Shown: one piece after another, positions 1 through 12,642 of the stretch | Numbering within the stretch: position 1 is the first letter of the stretch | How the letters are laid out: every line of letters begins with the position of its first letter | DNA from: Rhizophagus irregularis | Lineage: Eukaryota | Reading direction: 5' to 3' | DNA: 64,000 nt | NCBI RefSeq assembly: GCF_026210795.1 | Contig: NC_089433.1 | Coordinates: 3,038,001-3,102,000 of the forward strand | Position numbers and translations under genes: made by a program | The notes under the pieces: model-generated | Database searches by the model: none | Seen by the model: only the letters and a program-made list of their open reading frames with translations | Told to the model about the DNA's origin: nothing

Positions 1-59
1 TTAAAAAAATTTTTTGGTGCTACATATGTTGGTTGATAAACATCATGATTATCAACTTA

Positions 60-2726
60 GTGTTCCAAACGAATCAAATCAGATGAATCCGATTTTGACT
101 CGAATCCATTATTTAAAAAACATTACGTAACGTTTTTTATTTCAATTTAACGAATAAAAAACCGTTTCGCAACGGTTTTTTAATCATTTAATAAAAAATG
201 TTGCGAAACGTTTTTTATTCCAATTTAACGAAAAAAAAACCATTTCGCAACGGTTTTTTAATCATTTTAATAAAAAACGTTATGAAACATTTTTTATTTC
301 AATTTAATGAAAAAAAAACTGTTGCAAAACGGTTTTTTAATCATTTTAATAAAAAATGTTGCGAAACGTTTTTTATTCCAATTTAACGAATAAAAAAAAC
401 CATTTCGCAACAGTTTTTAATATTTTAATAAAAAAATGTTTGCGAAACGTTTTTTTATTCAATTTAATGAAAAAAAACCATTTCGCAACGGTTTTTTAAT
501 CATTTTAATAAAAAACGTTGCGAAATATTTTTTATTACAATTTAACGAATAAAAAAAACCGGTTTGCAATGGTTTTTAATATTTTAATAAAAAAGCGTTT
601 GTGAAAGCGTTTTTTTATTCAATTTAATGAAAAAAACCGTTTCGCTAAGCGGTTTTTAATTATTTTAATAAAAAAATGTTGCGAAACATTTTTTTATTTC
701 AATTTAATGAAAAAACTGTTTTGCAACGGGTTTTCAATTATTTTAATAAAAAAGCGTTGCGAAAGCGTTTTTTATTTTCAATTTTTTAACGAAAAAAAAA
801 CCATTTCACAAGCGGTTTTTTAATATTTTAATAAAAAAAGTTTGCGAAATGTTTTTTTATTTCAATTTAATGAAAAAAAACTGTTTACGCTTGGTTTTTA
901 ATATTTTGATAAAAAAAGCGTTGCAAAAGCATTTTTTATTACAATTTAATGAAAAAAACTGTTTCTGAACGGTTTTTTAATATTTTGATAAAAAAGCGTT
1001 GCGAAACATTTTTTTATTTCAATTTAATGAAAAAAACTGTTTCACAAGCGGTTTTTTAATATTTTAATAAAAAAGCGTTGCGAAGCGTTTTTTTATTTTC
1101 AATTTAATGAAAAAAAACCATTTCGCAACAGTTTTTTAATATTTTAATAAAAAAAATGGTGCGAAATGTTTTTTTATTTCCCCGAATTTAATGAAAAAAA
1201 ACGTTTCACAACGGGTTTTTAATATTTTAATAAAAAAACATTTGTGAAAGCGTTTTTATTCAATTTAATGAAAAAAAACCGTTTACGAACGGTTTTTTAA
1301 TCATTTTAATAAAAAGCGTTGCGAAATATTTTTTATTACAATTTAACGAATAAAAAAAACCGGTTTGCAATGGTTTTTAATATTTTAATAAAAAAACGTT
1401 TGTGAAACGTTTTTTTATTCAATTTAATGAAAAAAAACCGTTTCGCAACGGTTTTTAATTATTTTAATAAAAAAATGTTGCGAAACATTTTTTTATTTCA
1501 ATTTAATGAAAAAACTGTTTTGCAACGGGGTTTCAATTATTTTAATAAAAAACGTTGCGAAACATTTTTTATTTCAATTTTTAATGAAAAAAATAACCAT
1601 TTCACAACGGTTTTTTAATATTTTAATAAAAAAACGTTGCGAAACGTTTTTTATTTTAATTTAATGAAAAAAAACTGTTTCGCAACGGTTTTTTAATATT
1701 TTGATAAAAAACGTTGCAAAACATTTTTTATTACAATTTAATGAAAAAAACTGTTTCGCAACGGTTTTTTAATATTTTGATAAAAAAACGTTGCGAAACG
1801 TTTTTTATTTCAATTTAATGAAAAAAACTGTTTCGCAACGGTTTTTTAATATTTTAATAAAAAAACGTTGCGAAACATTTTTTTATTTCAATTTAATGAA
1901 AAAAACCGTTTCGCAACGGTTTTTTAATATTTTAATAAAAACGTTACGAAACGTTTTTTTATTTCAATTTAATGAAAAAAAAACCATTTCGCAACAGTTT
2001 TTTAATATTTTAATAAAAAACGTTGCGAAACGTTTTTTTATTTCAATTTAATGAAAAAAACCATTTCACAACAGTTTTTTAATATTTTAATAAAAAATGT
2101 TGCGAAATGTTTTTTTATTTCAATTTAATGAAAAAAAAACCGTTTCACAACGGTTTTTTAATATTTTAATAAAAGAACATTTGCGAAATGTTTTTTTATT
2201 TCAATTTAATGAAAAAAAACTGTTTCGCAACAGTTTTTAATCATTTTAATAAAAAAATGTTGCGAAACGTTTTTTTATTTCAATTTAATGAAAAAAACCG
2301 TTTCGCAACGGTTTTTAATCATTTTAATAAAAAACGTTGTGAAACGTTTTTTATTTCAATTTAATGTAAAAAAAACCATTTCGCAACGGTTCTCAATTAT
2401 TTTAATAAAAATATTGCGAAACGTTTTTTAACAATTAACTTAACAATTCGCAACGTTTTCAATTTAATAACAGGGCATTTTTTCATCTTATTTTTATGAA
2501 AAAAGGCTTTTTGGATCTGATCCGATCTGGATCCGATCTGGATCCGCTTGAATCTAATCCGATCTGATTTGATTTGTATGAATTGTTGATCCAATTCGAT
2601 TCGATCCAAATTGGATCAAATTTTTTGATTCGGATCAGATCACGGATCATAAAATCTATGATTCGATCTGATCTGTCTCGGATCAGATCCGCGGATACGG
2701 ATCAGATCGGATTTTTTTTGGAACAT
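60..2726. mobile_element. Putative non-autonomous TIR element enclosing a long tandem array
   Basis: Left end TA|GTGTTCCAAA (58-69) and right end TTTGGAACAT|TA (~2717-2728) are short inverted repeats. Both ends carry GATC/GAATC-rich subterminal motifs (70-110; 2510-2710). Confidence 0.5.
115..2470. repeat. Tandem array of ~77-bp units (about 30 copies), each with two imperfect hairpins
   Basis: Unit is approximately AAAAAACGTTGCGAAACGTTTTTTTATTTCAATTTAATGAAAAAAACCGTTTCGCAACGGTTTTTTAATATTTTAAT, repeated with homopolymer-length variation and no unique spacers. Confidence 0.95.
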
Positions 2727-4215
2727 TAAATACAATGCAATCAACACAGTAGATTCAAAACAATACTTTAATTAATAATACAATCGGTAATGTAAAAATA
2801 CTTGTTTTTAAGTATAGTACATAAATAAAATATATTACTTAAAGGAAAAATAAGTTGCGGAAATTACCCAGTTATTATGACAATTTTTTAATAAACGTAA
2901 TTATTAAGCAATATAATTGCATTGTTCATTATGTATATAAACTCAGTTATTTTCAGAAATGTAAAAATACATCAAATGAATCATAAATATAAAAAGATGG
3001 AAAAAAAGAAAATTTATGATTATAGATGCCATAGATGTTGGAAAATAAGTGAGCGTTTAATTCCATGGCATGATGATGACTTTAACAACGAATTAAAAGA
3101 ATGCTTTGCCAGATGTGGAATTAAAGTAAATCATAATCATAAGTTATGCAGCAAATGCATTGAAAAAATAAATTTAGAGAAAACCAAACTCAGTGAATTA
3201 ACTAGAATAATAAAAAAAATTTAAATTTATTATATGATAAATAACAAAGAAAATTTTGTTTAGCAGAAAAATTTATTGTATAGAATTTTTTTAATTATAA
3301 ATATTATATTTGGGGAAAAAATGGATTCGTTTATATTATAATTTATATAATTGTTAGAAAACTATCACTATAAAGAAACGATTATAATATTTTGATGCTT
3401 TGATACTACCGATCAAATACGAAGATATTTAGTTTATCGCTTAGAAATAGGCATAAATGTATCAAATTTGGTTGTAACTGCGTGTGATTTAAAACTAAAA
3501 AGTAAAGAAGTCATATTTCAACTGACTGCAGCATCAATCTTTGCTGCGCAATGAAATAAAATATAAATATACTAATCGTGATACATTATTTTTTTTCTTT
3601 TTAGTTTAAAAGAAGATGTCCTCACTTGGTGTTTGCAATATTAACAATAAATTTTGTAGTTGCCAAACTTATATGGAAGACGATAATAATCCAGGAAAAT
3701 GTTTTTATTGCAATCATTTTAACGCGTTTTATACCGGGTTTTCCATTTTGTTTTGAAATTCTTCAACGCCATTTTTGGGAGCTTGCCAAAAAAAGGGAGC
3801 TTCGTGTGGATGTCAAACATTTTTTGCTGTTCCTAATGACCGATTAAAATGCAAATATTGTGATAATTTTTCTGCATTTCATAAGATGACTTTCCAAATA
3901 GTGTTTCTAGCTTGCCTGAATCTATCAACAAAAAGTCTGTAGGCATTATTAGAAGGGAGGGAAATAAAATTTTAACTACAGGTCATCCCGAAAGCTAATC
4001 ACTTACTCTTAACAATATATTATTATTTTTTAAAGATAGTTGGAAAAATAAATCGGCTCCAAGAAAAAATACTTCAATTTGGAAAAAAATGAAGAAAAGA
4101 GGTTTAATTGTTGAACAAGTAACATTTAATAAGGATGATATTAAAAATTTTAATACTAAAATTGTTAGTTTATTTCAAATTGATATTGTTGCGAATAATA
4201 TCATTATATTAAAAG

Positions 4216-7200
4216 CACTAGTCGAAATAAGAAAAATCGGCAATCAACCATGCCAACCAAATTTCGGTAATGCAGGCCGAAGTTTCAGTAAAGTTCCGGC
4301 CTGCATTAAAAACTGGGTGAAAATTGACCAAAATTAGGTTTGCCGATTTATCACCTATTTCCGGTCTTAAGAACCGTTTAAAATTCACCAATCACCTAAT
4401 TGTTAAAAAAAAATTGCTGAACACTGGTTATTATTAAAAATCGGCCATTATATCGGAAAATTTTTTTAAGGGATAAATATCGACATCATACCAAATATAA
4501 AATTATGTATTACGCATATCAGCCGTATCATGCGTCAGTCGCATTACATATTCATGTATTTTAACTTTTTTAAACTTTTTTTTAATGAAACTTCCCTTTT
4601 TCTCTTTTGTTTTTCCCTTTTCCCATTTTTTCGTTCTTCCCCTTTCTCTCCCTCTCTTTCGTTTCTCTCTTTTCCTCTCTCTTTCGTTTCCTCCTCTTTT
4701 TAAATCTTCCCTTCACCTAAATTAAACGTTTTCTAGAAGTGAAAAAACTATAAATTTATCTTTTAAGTTACGTTTTCGTTTCAGTGGATCTCTTGTGGAA
4801 ATGTAATTCATTTCGGCCGTCAGACGCTTGGAAATTCAGGTTTCTTTTTAGATGGCCAAAAACAATGTTGAAATTCAGTTTTCTCTGAATATTTTTTTGA
4901 CGAAACGTATATTAACGTTTCATTTTCTATCTTTCTTTCAGACGATTTCTTCGAATATCTCGGAAGATTTATCCGCACACGCACTATCCTTTAACAAACC
5001 AATGATTACGCCCAAAACCTTCATCACACCCTTATCATAATAATAAAAGATTCTTTAATTTATTCAGTTAAGTTCTTTTAATAATAATTATTTCCAAGAA
5101 AGCTTTAAAAATGTAGATTAATTTTTATTATTTATTAATTGATTATAGATCATTTATCAGATCAAATAATTAGATCAGATCTTTTCATAAATAACGAATC
5201 ATAGGAGTAGCTACAAAGTATGATACTCCTCCATCCCTTTTCAAAGCATTATCGGTTAAATTGATTGTGTGGCCACTTACTGCATCTTGATATGACTCCG
5301 AGAGTGTACAGTAAGAAGTGCCAGTCTTGGCCAGCCATAGATTTAATTAAAAGTAACCTCACTTCTCTTTCTTCCTCTTGTTCGTCTTATGCACGCGCTT
5401 TCGAGCTGGTTGATATTCTGTGCGAAACCTAGAAAAGAAATCACGGGTATTAATTCAATGTACAACACTATCGCTATTATTTCAGCAAGAATATCTTTCT
5501 GCACATTTCAGGTGATTGATACACCATACAATATGTCACTTCACAGGTAAAAAATGGGCGAGGGTTTAACTTGGGATAGTGTTTATGATAGAATATTGCC
5601 ACAAAGCAGAATGTGGTTGAGATTTTTTAGCTTAAAAGCGTCATATGCAGACTTTTTTGAACTGCAGATGTCATCCGTGTGGTTATGCTGTAGCCAAGCT
5701 TGAGTGAGAGGCCAGTGGATCTGGTCGACCTTGAAATTATCGAATAGTGACCGTAAAGTATGATTATTTAAAAAATCACTGAAGGTACAACAATCAGTGA
5801 CGTCTTAGAGAATTGGCGTATGTCGTGATTAATAGGACCTAACGAGGACCATAAAGGTGACATCAGACTATTAGGTAAATACGTCGAATTGAGCTCTATT
5901 GGAGCGAGAAAGAATTTATTACCTAAATTTCGAAAAAGAAATGTGAACTTCATTTTTTTGTCTTTTTTAATAATGAATTACTTTGTTATGCGTTTTCACT
6001 TTAGGCGCGTGGAATTCTGATGATAATATTAGAAGGTTTGTTTTTTGTAATTTTATTTTTTATTAATTTAACGAACTTTACTAACAGTTCATTTTTTTTA
6101 TTTTGAGGCGAGTCAGTTCTTTGGATTTCGAAAGGTGAATATTGTTTTTTTAGAAGAAAAACATCTTTTTTAACGAAATGATCTTAACATTTCGTTAATT
6201 TTCTTTTTTTTCAGACGGTCAGCACTTCAGATCTTTGGAGATGGATTTCGGTAAGGATGGAGGAGTGTTGTTAATGAGCTATTGTTTCTATCAAAACGTT
6301 TTCTAATATTTCATTTTTTTATTCCTTTTTGTAGGTTTAGATTTTTGTGAATGAGCGATACTACTGGAAATAAAGACGGTAAGTTTCGCAACGCTTAATT
6401 CTTACTTTTTTTAAATAGAAACGTCTAACATTCTTTTGTTTCTTTTTTAGGTTTTGGCTTCAAATTTTGGCGTTAGATATGGTAAGTTTCGAATTTGCAA
6501 CTTCGAAACTTAATTTTTTTTAACGAAACGTAACTAACGTTTCGTGTTCTTTTTTTTGTAGGTTTTTCCAGTATCCGGTATTTTGGAAATTAAGTTTCAA
6601 AGTTGTAACTTCGAAACATTTTTTAATTTTTTTTCTTAGAAACGTTTTTTAACATTTCTTTTTTTGTAGATTTCGGTTTCGGAATATCGAACATGCCGAA
6701 ATGGTAAATTTCGCAATGAAACGTTGCGAAATATAATTTAATTTATTTTATTTTATTTGTTAATAGAAATGTTTTCTAACATTTCTTTTCTTTTCTTGTA
6801 GAGTTCTTGAGGATTTGCTGGATCGGGTACTATTGGAATGTGGAAATGGTAAGTTTCGTTACGAAACTTATCGTTTTTTTTATGATTTCAAAGGGGAACT
6901 AAGATATGTTACGAATCTTTAACGAATCTTAGATTTTTTTTAATATTATAGAACGGTTTACTAACCGTTTTAATTCTTTTTTTTTATAGGTTTCGGATAG
7001 TTTTTGAAGAACGGAAAGAACTAAGATTCGTAAGTATTATATTACGAATCTTAGATTTTTTTTTTTAATTTATGGAACGGTTTACTAACTGTTCTTGTTT
7101 TTTTTATAGTTTCGGGTGGGTTTCTGAAGAACAGGAAAGAACAAAAGGTTCATAAGTATTACAGATCTTAGTTTTTTGTTTTTTTTTAATCTTATGGGAT

Positions 7201-7775
7201 GGTATACTAACCGTTCTTATTATTTTTATAGGTTTCAGGTAGTTTTCGAAAAATATCTTTGTTTACAATTTCGAAATATTACTTTCTTTTATTTATTTTA
7301 AATATGTATATTTATATTTTTTAAATAAAATTAATAAGTCTAAATAAATTAAATAAATGATAAATTAATTAATTAAATATAAAATGCTAAATTAAATAAA
7401 TAGGAATCGATAAATAAAAAAATTGATAAATTTCGTCAAAAAATAAAAAATCGATTGTTTGCTGTTTTTTTTAGAAACTGTCAACGATTTTTTTGGTAAT
7501 GATCGGAATTTAGACCAACTTTCATATTACATTCGTCAATTTGAAATTTGGATGAAATGGAATATTCTGACTAATGAAAGTTTGACGAATAGTTCTATTT
7601 CCGATGTTTTAATGAATTTTTGCCAATTTGTGATTGCCAAGTGGCAGGCGAACTGTGCAAATCGCCTATTATCATTTTGACGATTTTTTTGGTAATGATC
7701 GGCCAAATTTAGACCAACTTTCGTCCAACATTCGTCAATTTGAAATTTGGATGAAATGGAATATTCTGACCAGTG
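4216..7775. mobile_element. Non-autonomous CACTA/CMC-like element
   Basis: Begins CACTAGTCGAAAT and ends ATATTCTGACCAGTG (reverse complement CACTGGTCAGAATAT). 3-bp TSD AAG at 4213-4215 and 7776-7778. Duplicated subterminal block at 7480-7575 and 7678-7775. Confidence 0.7.
5250..5900 (-). pseudogene. Degraded fragment of the C-terminal (post-RNase H) region of a LINE ORF2
   Basis: Minus-strand translation gives ...PLWSSLGPINHDIRQF... then ...QIHWPLTQAWLQHN...AFKLKNLNHILLCGNIL*...KHYPKL. This parallels the PIDVNIRHF / FDW / FRIKLLLDMLPT / KPYLY order in the intact LINE ORF2 of this window. Contains stops and frameshifts. Confidence 0.55.
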
Positions 7776-8440
7776 AAGGTACTAAAGGTGAATTTAAATC
7801 TTCAATTTGTCAGGTAAAAATTATTTAATATTGGGTTCTAAATTAACAGTTTATTTTTTATATTTTAATTCTTATTTTGTGTTGTGTTTTAGAATAAAAC
7901 ATTAAAGAATTTGAGATCAAATATGTCAAAAAGCAACAGAAATTGTATCTTGGTAATTACATTTTTAGTTAGCATTTCTTTTTAATAATGTATCGATATT
8001 TATTAATCATGTTGCTTTAACAACAATTTTAGCATTGGTAGATAATTCCAATGACGAGTCTTCTGTGATGAATATCAAAAACTTGATTAGTTGAGATTTT
8101 ATAGACTAAATTTACATAGTTATTCTAATGATTATCGGCGATTTTATTCACATAAAAGATTAACTAAAAACGGATAAATAAAATAAGAATCACGTAAATT
8201 ACAACAACATTAAAAAAATTATTTATTAGTAATTAATAGAAGTGGTATAAAGAGTACATAAGCTAAATAAAATAATATCACTCTTTTCATTTTTTGATTT
8301 TAGATGAATTTTTATTAATGTTATCTATATCAAATCAAAAGTATCGAACTTGATATTATAATGACCAGTCTTCTTGATAGACTTACAGTCAACTCTCTTT
8401 ATAGTCACACATTTGGAACAGTCCATATTTGGTGATTATT

Positions 8441-9354
8441 TTACAAGTGTATTGTACGTTTAGTGGCCACTACTTTCCGCACCCTTTATTGAAGGTTATG
8501 GAGGTAGGTCGTTCATTGCATCATCCTAAGGTTGCTTGTCTAAACCTCTTCAAAATCCTACGATTAGTTTCGTCAAAATTTTACTATAGATTTATTATAG
8601 TTTCGGCAGAGTTTCGGCAGTTTCGGCATTTATAATAAGTTTCAGCAGTTTCGCCTTTCTCCAAAGTTTCACCAGTTTTTTAATATAACTTTAATATAAT
8701 TTCGGCAGAATTTCGCTTTTTGGCGAAACGCCATCTTGCCTAAACCCTAGGTTTCGGCAAGCAACCTTACATCATCCTCACTAGATCATGATGTAACCAT
8801 CCCCGCCCTTTTAACAGGGACAATTTAACACCACAACCGAAATGCAAGGACATATCCCAGGGACCCGAAGGCCTTCGAATCTGCTGAACACCACCCTACT
8901 CATCCTTTAATCCGTTGCATGATACTGTAATGGCTACTATTATAAACCCCTTACCATTACTACTGTCACAGAGGACTTTCGTCAGATAACCTTCAAACAT
9001 CTAGACCCCTTCTATACCACCATATTAGGTACCAGGTCTCACTCAAATGCCACTACAGCCCGCGATTACCCACCACTGATAGTACAGTTGTAATCCCCAA
9101 GTGGTATACTTATGTAGTGACCACCTAGACAGTAAGCTTGTAGATGTTACCCAGGATCATCCCTTATGGTGGGTATCAACCACCAGGAATCACCAACCAG
9201 GGCCCATCAGAGAAGGGAATCGAACCCAATCACCAAGCTATTTGTCTGTGCACGAACACTATGGTTGGCCTAAGACCTAACAGAAGGTCTAACTACCACT
9301 AAGACATTGCGCCCTCAGCTTTACCATCTAGGACAACCATCTAGCCATTACTGA
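8441..9354 (-). mobile_element. SINE-like repeat, 5'-truncated copy A1
   Basis: Highly similar to 9372-10040. Flanked by the direct repeat CCATATTTGGTGATTAT (8423-8439; 9355-9371). Interrupted by a MITE. Confidence 0.65.
8527..8769. mobile_element. hAT-type MITE (family 1, copy 1)
   Basis: TIR TAAGGTTGCTTG...CAAGCAACCTTA; 8-bp TSD CATCATCC; the empty site is visible in the paralogous repeat at 9451-9458. Confidence 0.92.
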
Positions 9355-10191
9355 CCATATTTGGTGATTATTTTACAAGTGTATTGTACGTTTAGTGGCC
9401 ACTACTTTCTGCACCCTCTTCTGAAGGTTATGGAGGTAGGTCGTTCATTGCATCATCCTCACTAAGTTATGATGTAACCATCCCCGCCACCTTCAACAGG
9501 GACAATTCAACACCACAACCGAAACACAAGGACATATTCCAGGGACCCGAAGGCCTTTGAATCTGCTGAACACCACCCTACTCGTCCTTTAATCCGTTGC
9601 ATGATACTGTAATGGCTACTATTATAAACCCCTCACCACTACTACTGTCACAGAGGACTTTCGTCAGATAACCTTCAAACATCTAGACCCTTCCATACCA
9701 CCATTTTAGGTACCAGGTCTCACTCAAAGGCCACTACAGCCCGCGATTACCCACCACCGTTAGTACAGTTGTAATCCCCAAGTGGTATACTTATTGTAGT
9801 GACCATTTGGACAGTAAGCTTGTAGGTGTTACCCAGGATCATCCCTTATGGTGGGTATCAACCACCAGGAATCACCAACCAGGGCCCATCAGAGAAAGGA
9901 ATCGAACTCAATCACCAAGCTATCTGTTCTGTGCACAAACACTATGGTTGGCCTAAGACCTAACAGAAGGTCTAACTACTACAAAGACATTGCACCCTCA
10001 GCTTTACCATCTAGGACGACCATCTAGCTATTACTGACCCCAAGTGGTATCGTAGAGTGACCACCTGGACAGGAAGTCCCCCCCAAGGTATAGTAGTGAC
10101 CTTAAGGACAGGACTGCGCACATGCCAATGGCCTCATGGGGAACGTTAGAAGGATACCATGACCCTTAATTGAAATGTGCAGCCTAACCGT

Positions 10192-11281
10192 TGAGATCCC
10201 CCAATTCCCTCTGTCATCAATTTACAGAGTTGCCACATCGAACGGGCATTCCCATGGTCGAACGAACGAATGAACGAACGAACGAATAAACGAACGAACG
10301 AATAATCGACGGCATAATTAACAAATAATATAATCAACGCACAACAACAATATACAACAACATTCTTGGTTCACAACATAAATAGCGTTAGTAATATAAA
10401 ACATTAAACGATATAAAATAAAATTTACTTCTCTAAATTTTCCCCAAATTATATCCACTTTTACCTTTAATTTCAAACTTCGATAGCTCTCGCTACGAAT
10501 TATTACTTTTCAAAAGTGTACATTTAATTCATCTTAAAATTTCCATTTTTATTCAATTAAAATTAATTAAGCGAACATTAATTAAAGTTTAGGGCGAACC
10601 TATTACCTTTAATTAAAATTATACTTCATTAACAAATAATTAAATGAAACTTATATTTTTATTGAGTTCTGTGGATGAGAACTGTGGAATTACTTTGAAT
10701 TCCGCTCTCTATATATACAATTTTTATGCTACTTTCTATACTATCTTTTATGTTCTTTTTACATATTATCTTTGAACTATTTTTCTAATATACTATCTAT
10801 ATTTTAAATACGCTATCTTTTAATATGCTATCTTTTAATATGCTATCTTTTTATATATGTTCTTTTTAATATATTATCTTTTACGTTCCATCTTTATACT
10901 ATCTTTTTATATTATCTTTTACATTATTTTGTGTTCTTTAATCTTTCTGACATTATTCTATATGTTCTTTTAATTCGCTTTATGTGTTTTGCTTATAATC
11001 TATCTTTTGTGGCTTATAATTATTCTTTCTTATCGTTCTTATTGTTAAAGATTGCTAAGCCGCAATTGATCGACTCTATTTATCCTATTGGTTCCTTGTC
11101 AATCATTCAATAAATATTACATCATGTAGATCATTACTCTTCCTAAATGTTTATCCTTTTCGGCTAATTATTTATCCATCTACGCCAATCTATAATTAAT
11201 TTGTTCGTTCTTAATATTTAATAATTACATTTGGTGGTTGAATTTTATCATCTTTTCGTGCTTGATATTCGACCGTTTACA
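10192..11281 (-). repeat. 3' LTR
   Basis: Direct repeat of 20024-21113; I noticed only two substitutions. Preceded on the minus strand by the purine tract GAAGAGGGGGA (11285-11296). Confidence 0.97.
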
Positions 11282-11357
11282 TTATCCCCCTCTTCGCTAT
11301 TTGTGACCTCACAAATAACTTTAATAGAATCGAACTCGTGTCTTATCCATAATAATT

Positions 11358-12582
11358 TTAATCGAATCGAACTCGGGTCTTATCGAATACCTCTTTTCCT
11401 TTAATTACTATTTTTGGTGTAAATCTCCCCCGATCATAAAATTTCTTTAGCCATTCTCCATTTTGTGGTGTCCTTAGTATTCTTCCGTCCAATTCTTTGA
11501 GTTTGTACGCTCCATTTCCAAATTCTTCGTGAATTAAATATGGTCCTTTCCATTTGTTCTGTAATTTTCCAGACCATTGTTTCTCTCTCCATGCTTCATA
11601 TAATAATACTTTTTCTCCTATTTCAAATTTAGGTTTTCTAATTCCTTTTTTGTCATGTTGTTGTTTTTGTCTCTCTTGAGCTTCTTCCACATTATCTTTT
11701 ATTTTTCTTTTTATTACTGGTAGCTCCTCAATTAGTATTTTTACTCTATCAGCTAATGTTATCTTATTTTCATCTTTATCTAATGGTAATTTCGCTCTTC
11801 TTCCATATGTTGCATAAAAAGGTTTAATCTTCGTTGATGATTGCTTCTTTGTTCTATATGCAAATAGTACAGATGGTATATGTTTATCCCAATTTTCTTC
11901 TCCTAATTTGGCTAATCCTTCGCATAAAGTTTTATTGAATCTTTCGACCAAACCATTTGTTTGTGGCCTATATGGTGTACTTAATCTATGATTTATTCCA
12001 CACCTTTCTACCAATTCTTCCATCATTCTATTGTTAAAGTGAGTCCCTCTATCACTAATTATTTTCTTTGGACACCCATGTCTACAAATTATGTCCCTCC
12101 AAATAAATTCTACTACCTCTTTCGCTGTAGCTTCTTTTAGTGGTGCGGCTCGGCCATTTTGTAAAATAATCCATTGCTACTACAATGTACTTATTTCCCT
12201 TTTCTGTCTCTTTTAGTGGTCCAACTATATCTATCCCAATCATCTCGAATGGTCCATTTATCTTTATCGGCATTAATTCGTTCTTTCCTCTTGGTTTTCC
12301 TCTCATTTGACAATTCCAACATGTTTTTACATATTCTTCTACATCTTCTTTCATATTTTTCCACCAATAATTTTCTTTTATTCTATCTAATGTCGCTTCT
12401 ACTCCAAAATGTCCTGATAATTCGTTATCATGCATCATGTACATCAATCCTTCGTATTCATAATCCCTGATTACTCTAAATTTGTTTTGTCCTTTTACTC
12501 TATATAGAATTCCTTCTTTCAATTCATATTTATTCTCATTTTCAATATTGTCAATTATTCTCTTGTAATTATTTTCTTCCAT
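11358..12582 (-). CDS. Retroviral-type integrase (HHCC + DDE), split by a frameshift near 12150
   Basis: H-x6-H (HDNELSGHFG), CWNCQ, GIDIVGPL, DYFTKW, STPYRPQTNGLVERFNKTL and a GPY motif (WKGPY). ORFs 12082-12582 and 11358-12026. Confidence 0.93.
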
Positions 12583-12642
12583 AATACCTCTTTAATTGAT
12601 TTCGCTTCTAAATTTGTTATTTTCGTTATGTGTTCTGTATTT

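Noticed and set aside
115..2470. CRISPR array or coding ORFs in the palindromic repeats
   Set aside because: There are no unique spacers or cas genes; the ORFs are translations of the repeat.
2922..3960. Small Cys-containing ORF (2922-3224) and a stop-riddled minus-strand frame (3600-3960)
   Set aside because: No recognisable family; cannot be told apart from decayed gene fragments.
8960..8995. Hammerhead ribozyme or RNase P/MRP motif (minus strand CTGACGAAAGTCC)
   Set aside because: No stem II between CUGANGA and GAAA, the motif is CTGTCGAAAG in copy B, and no partner strand was identified.
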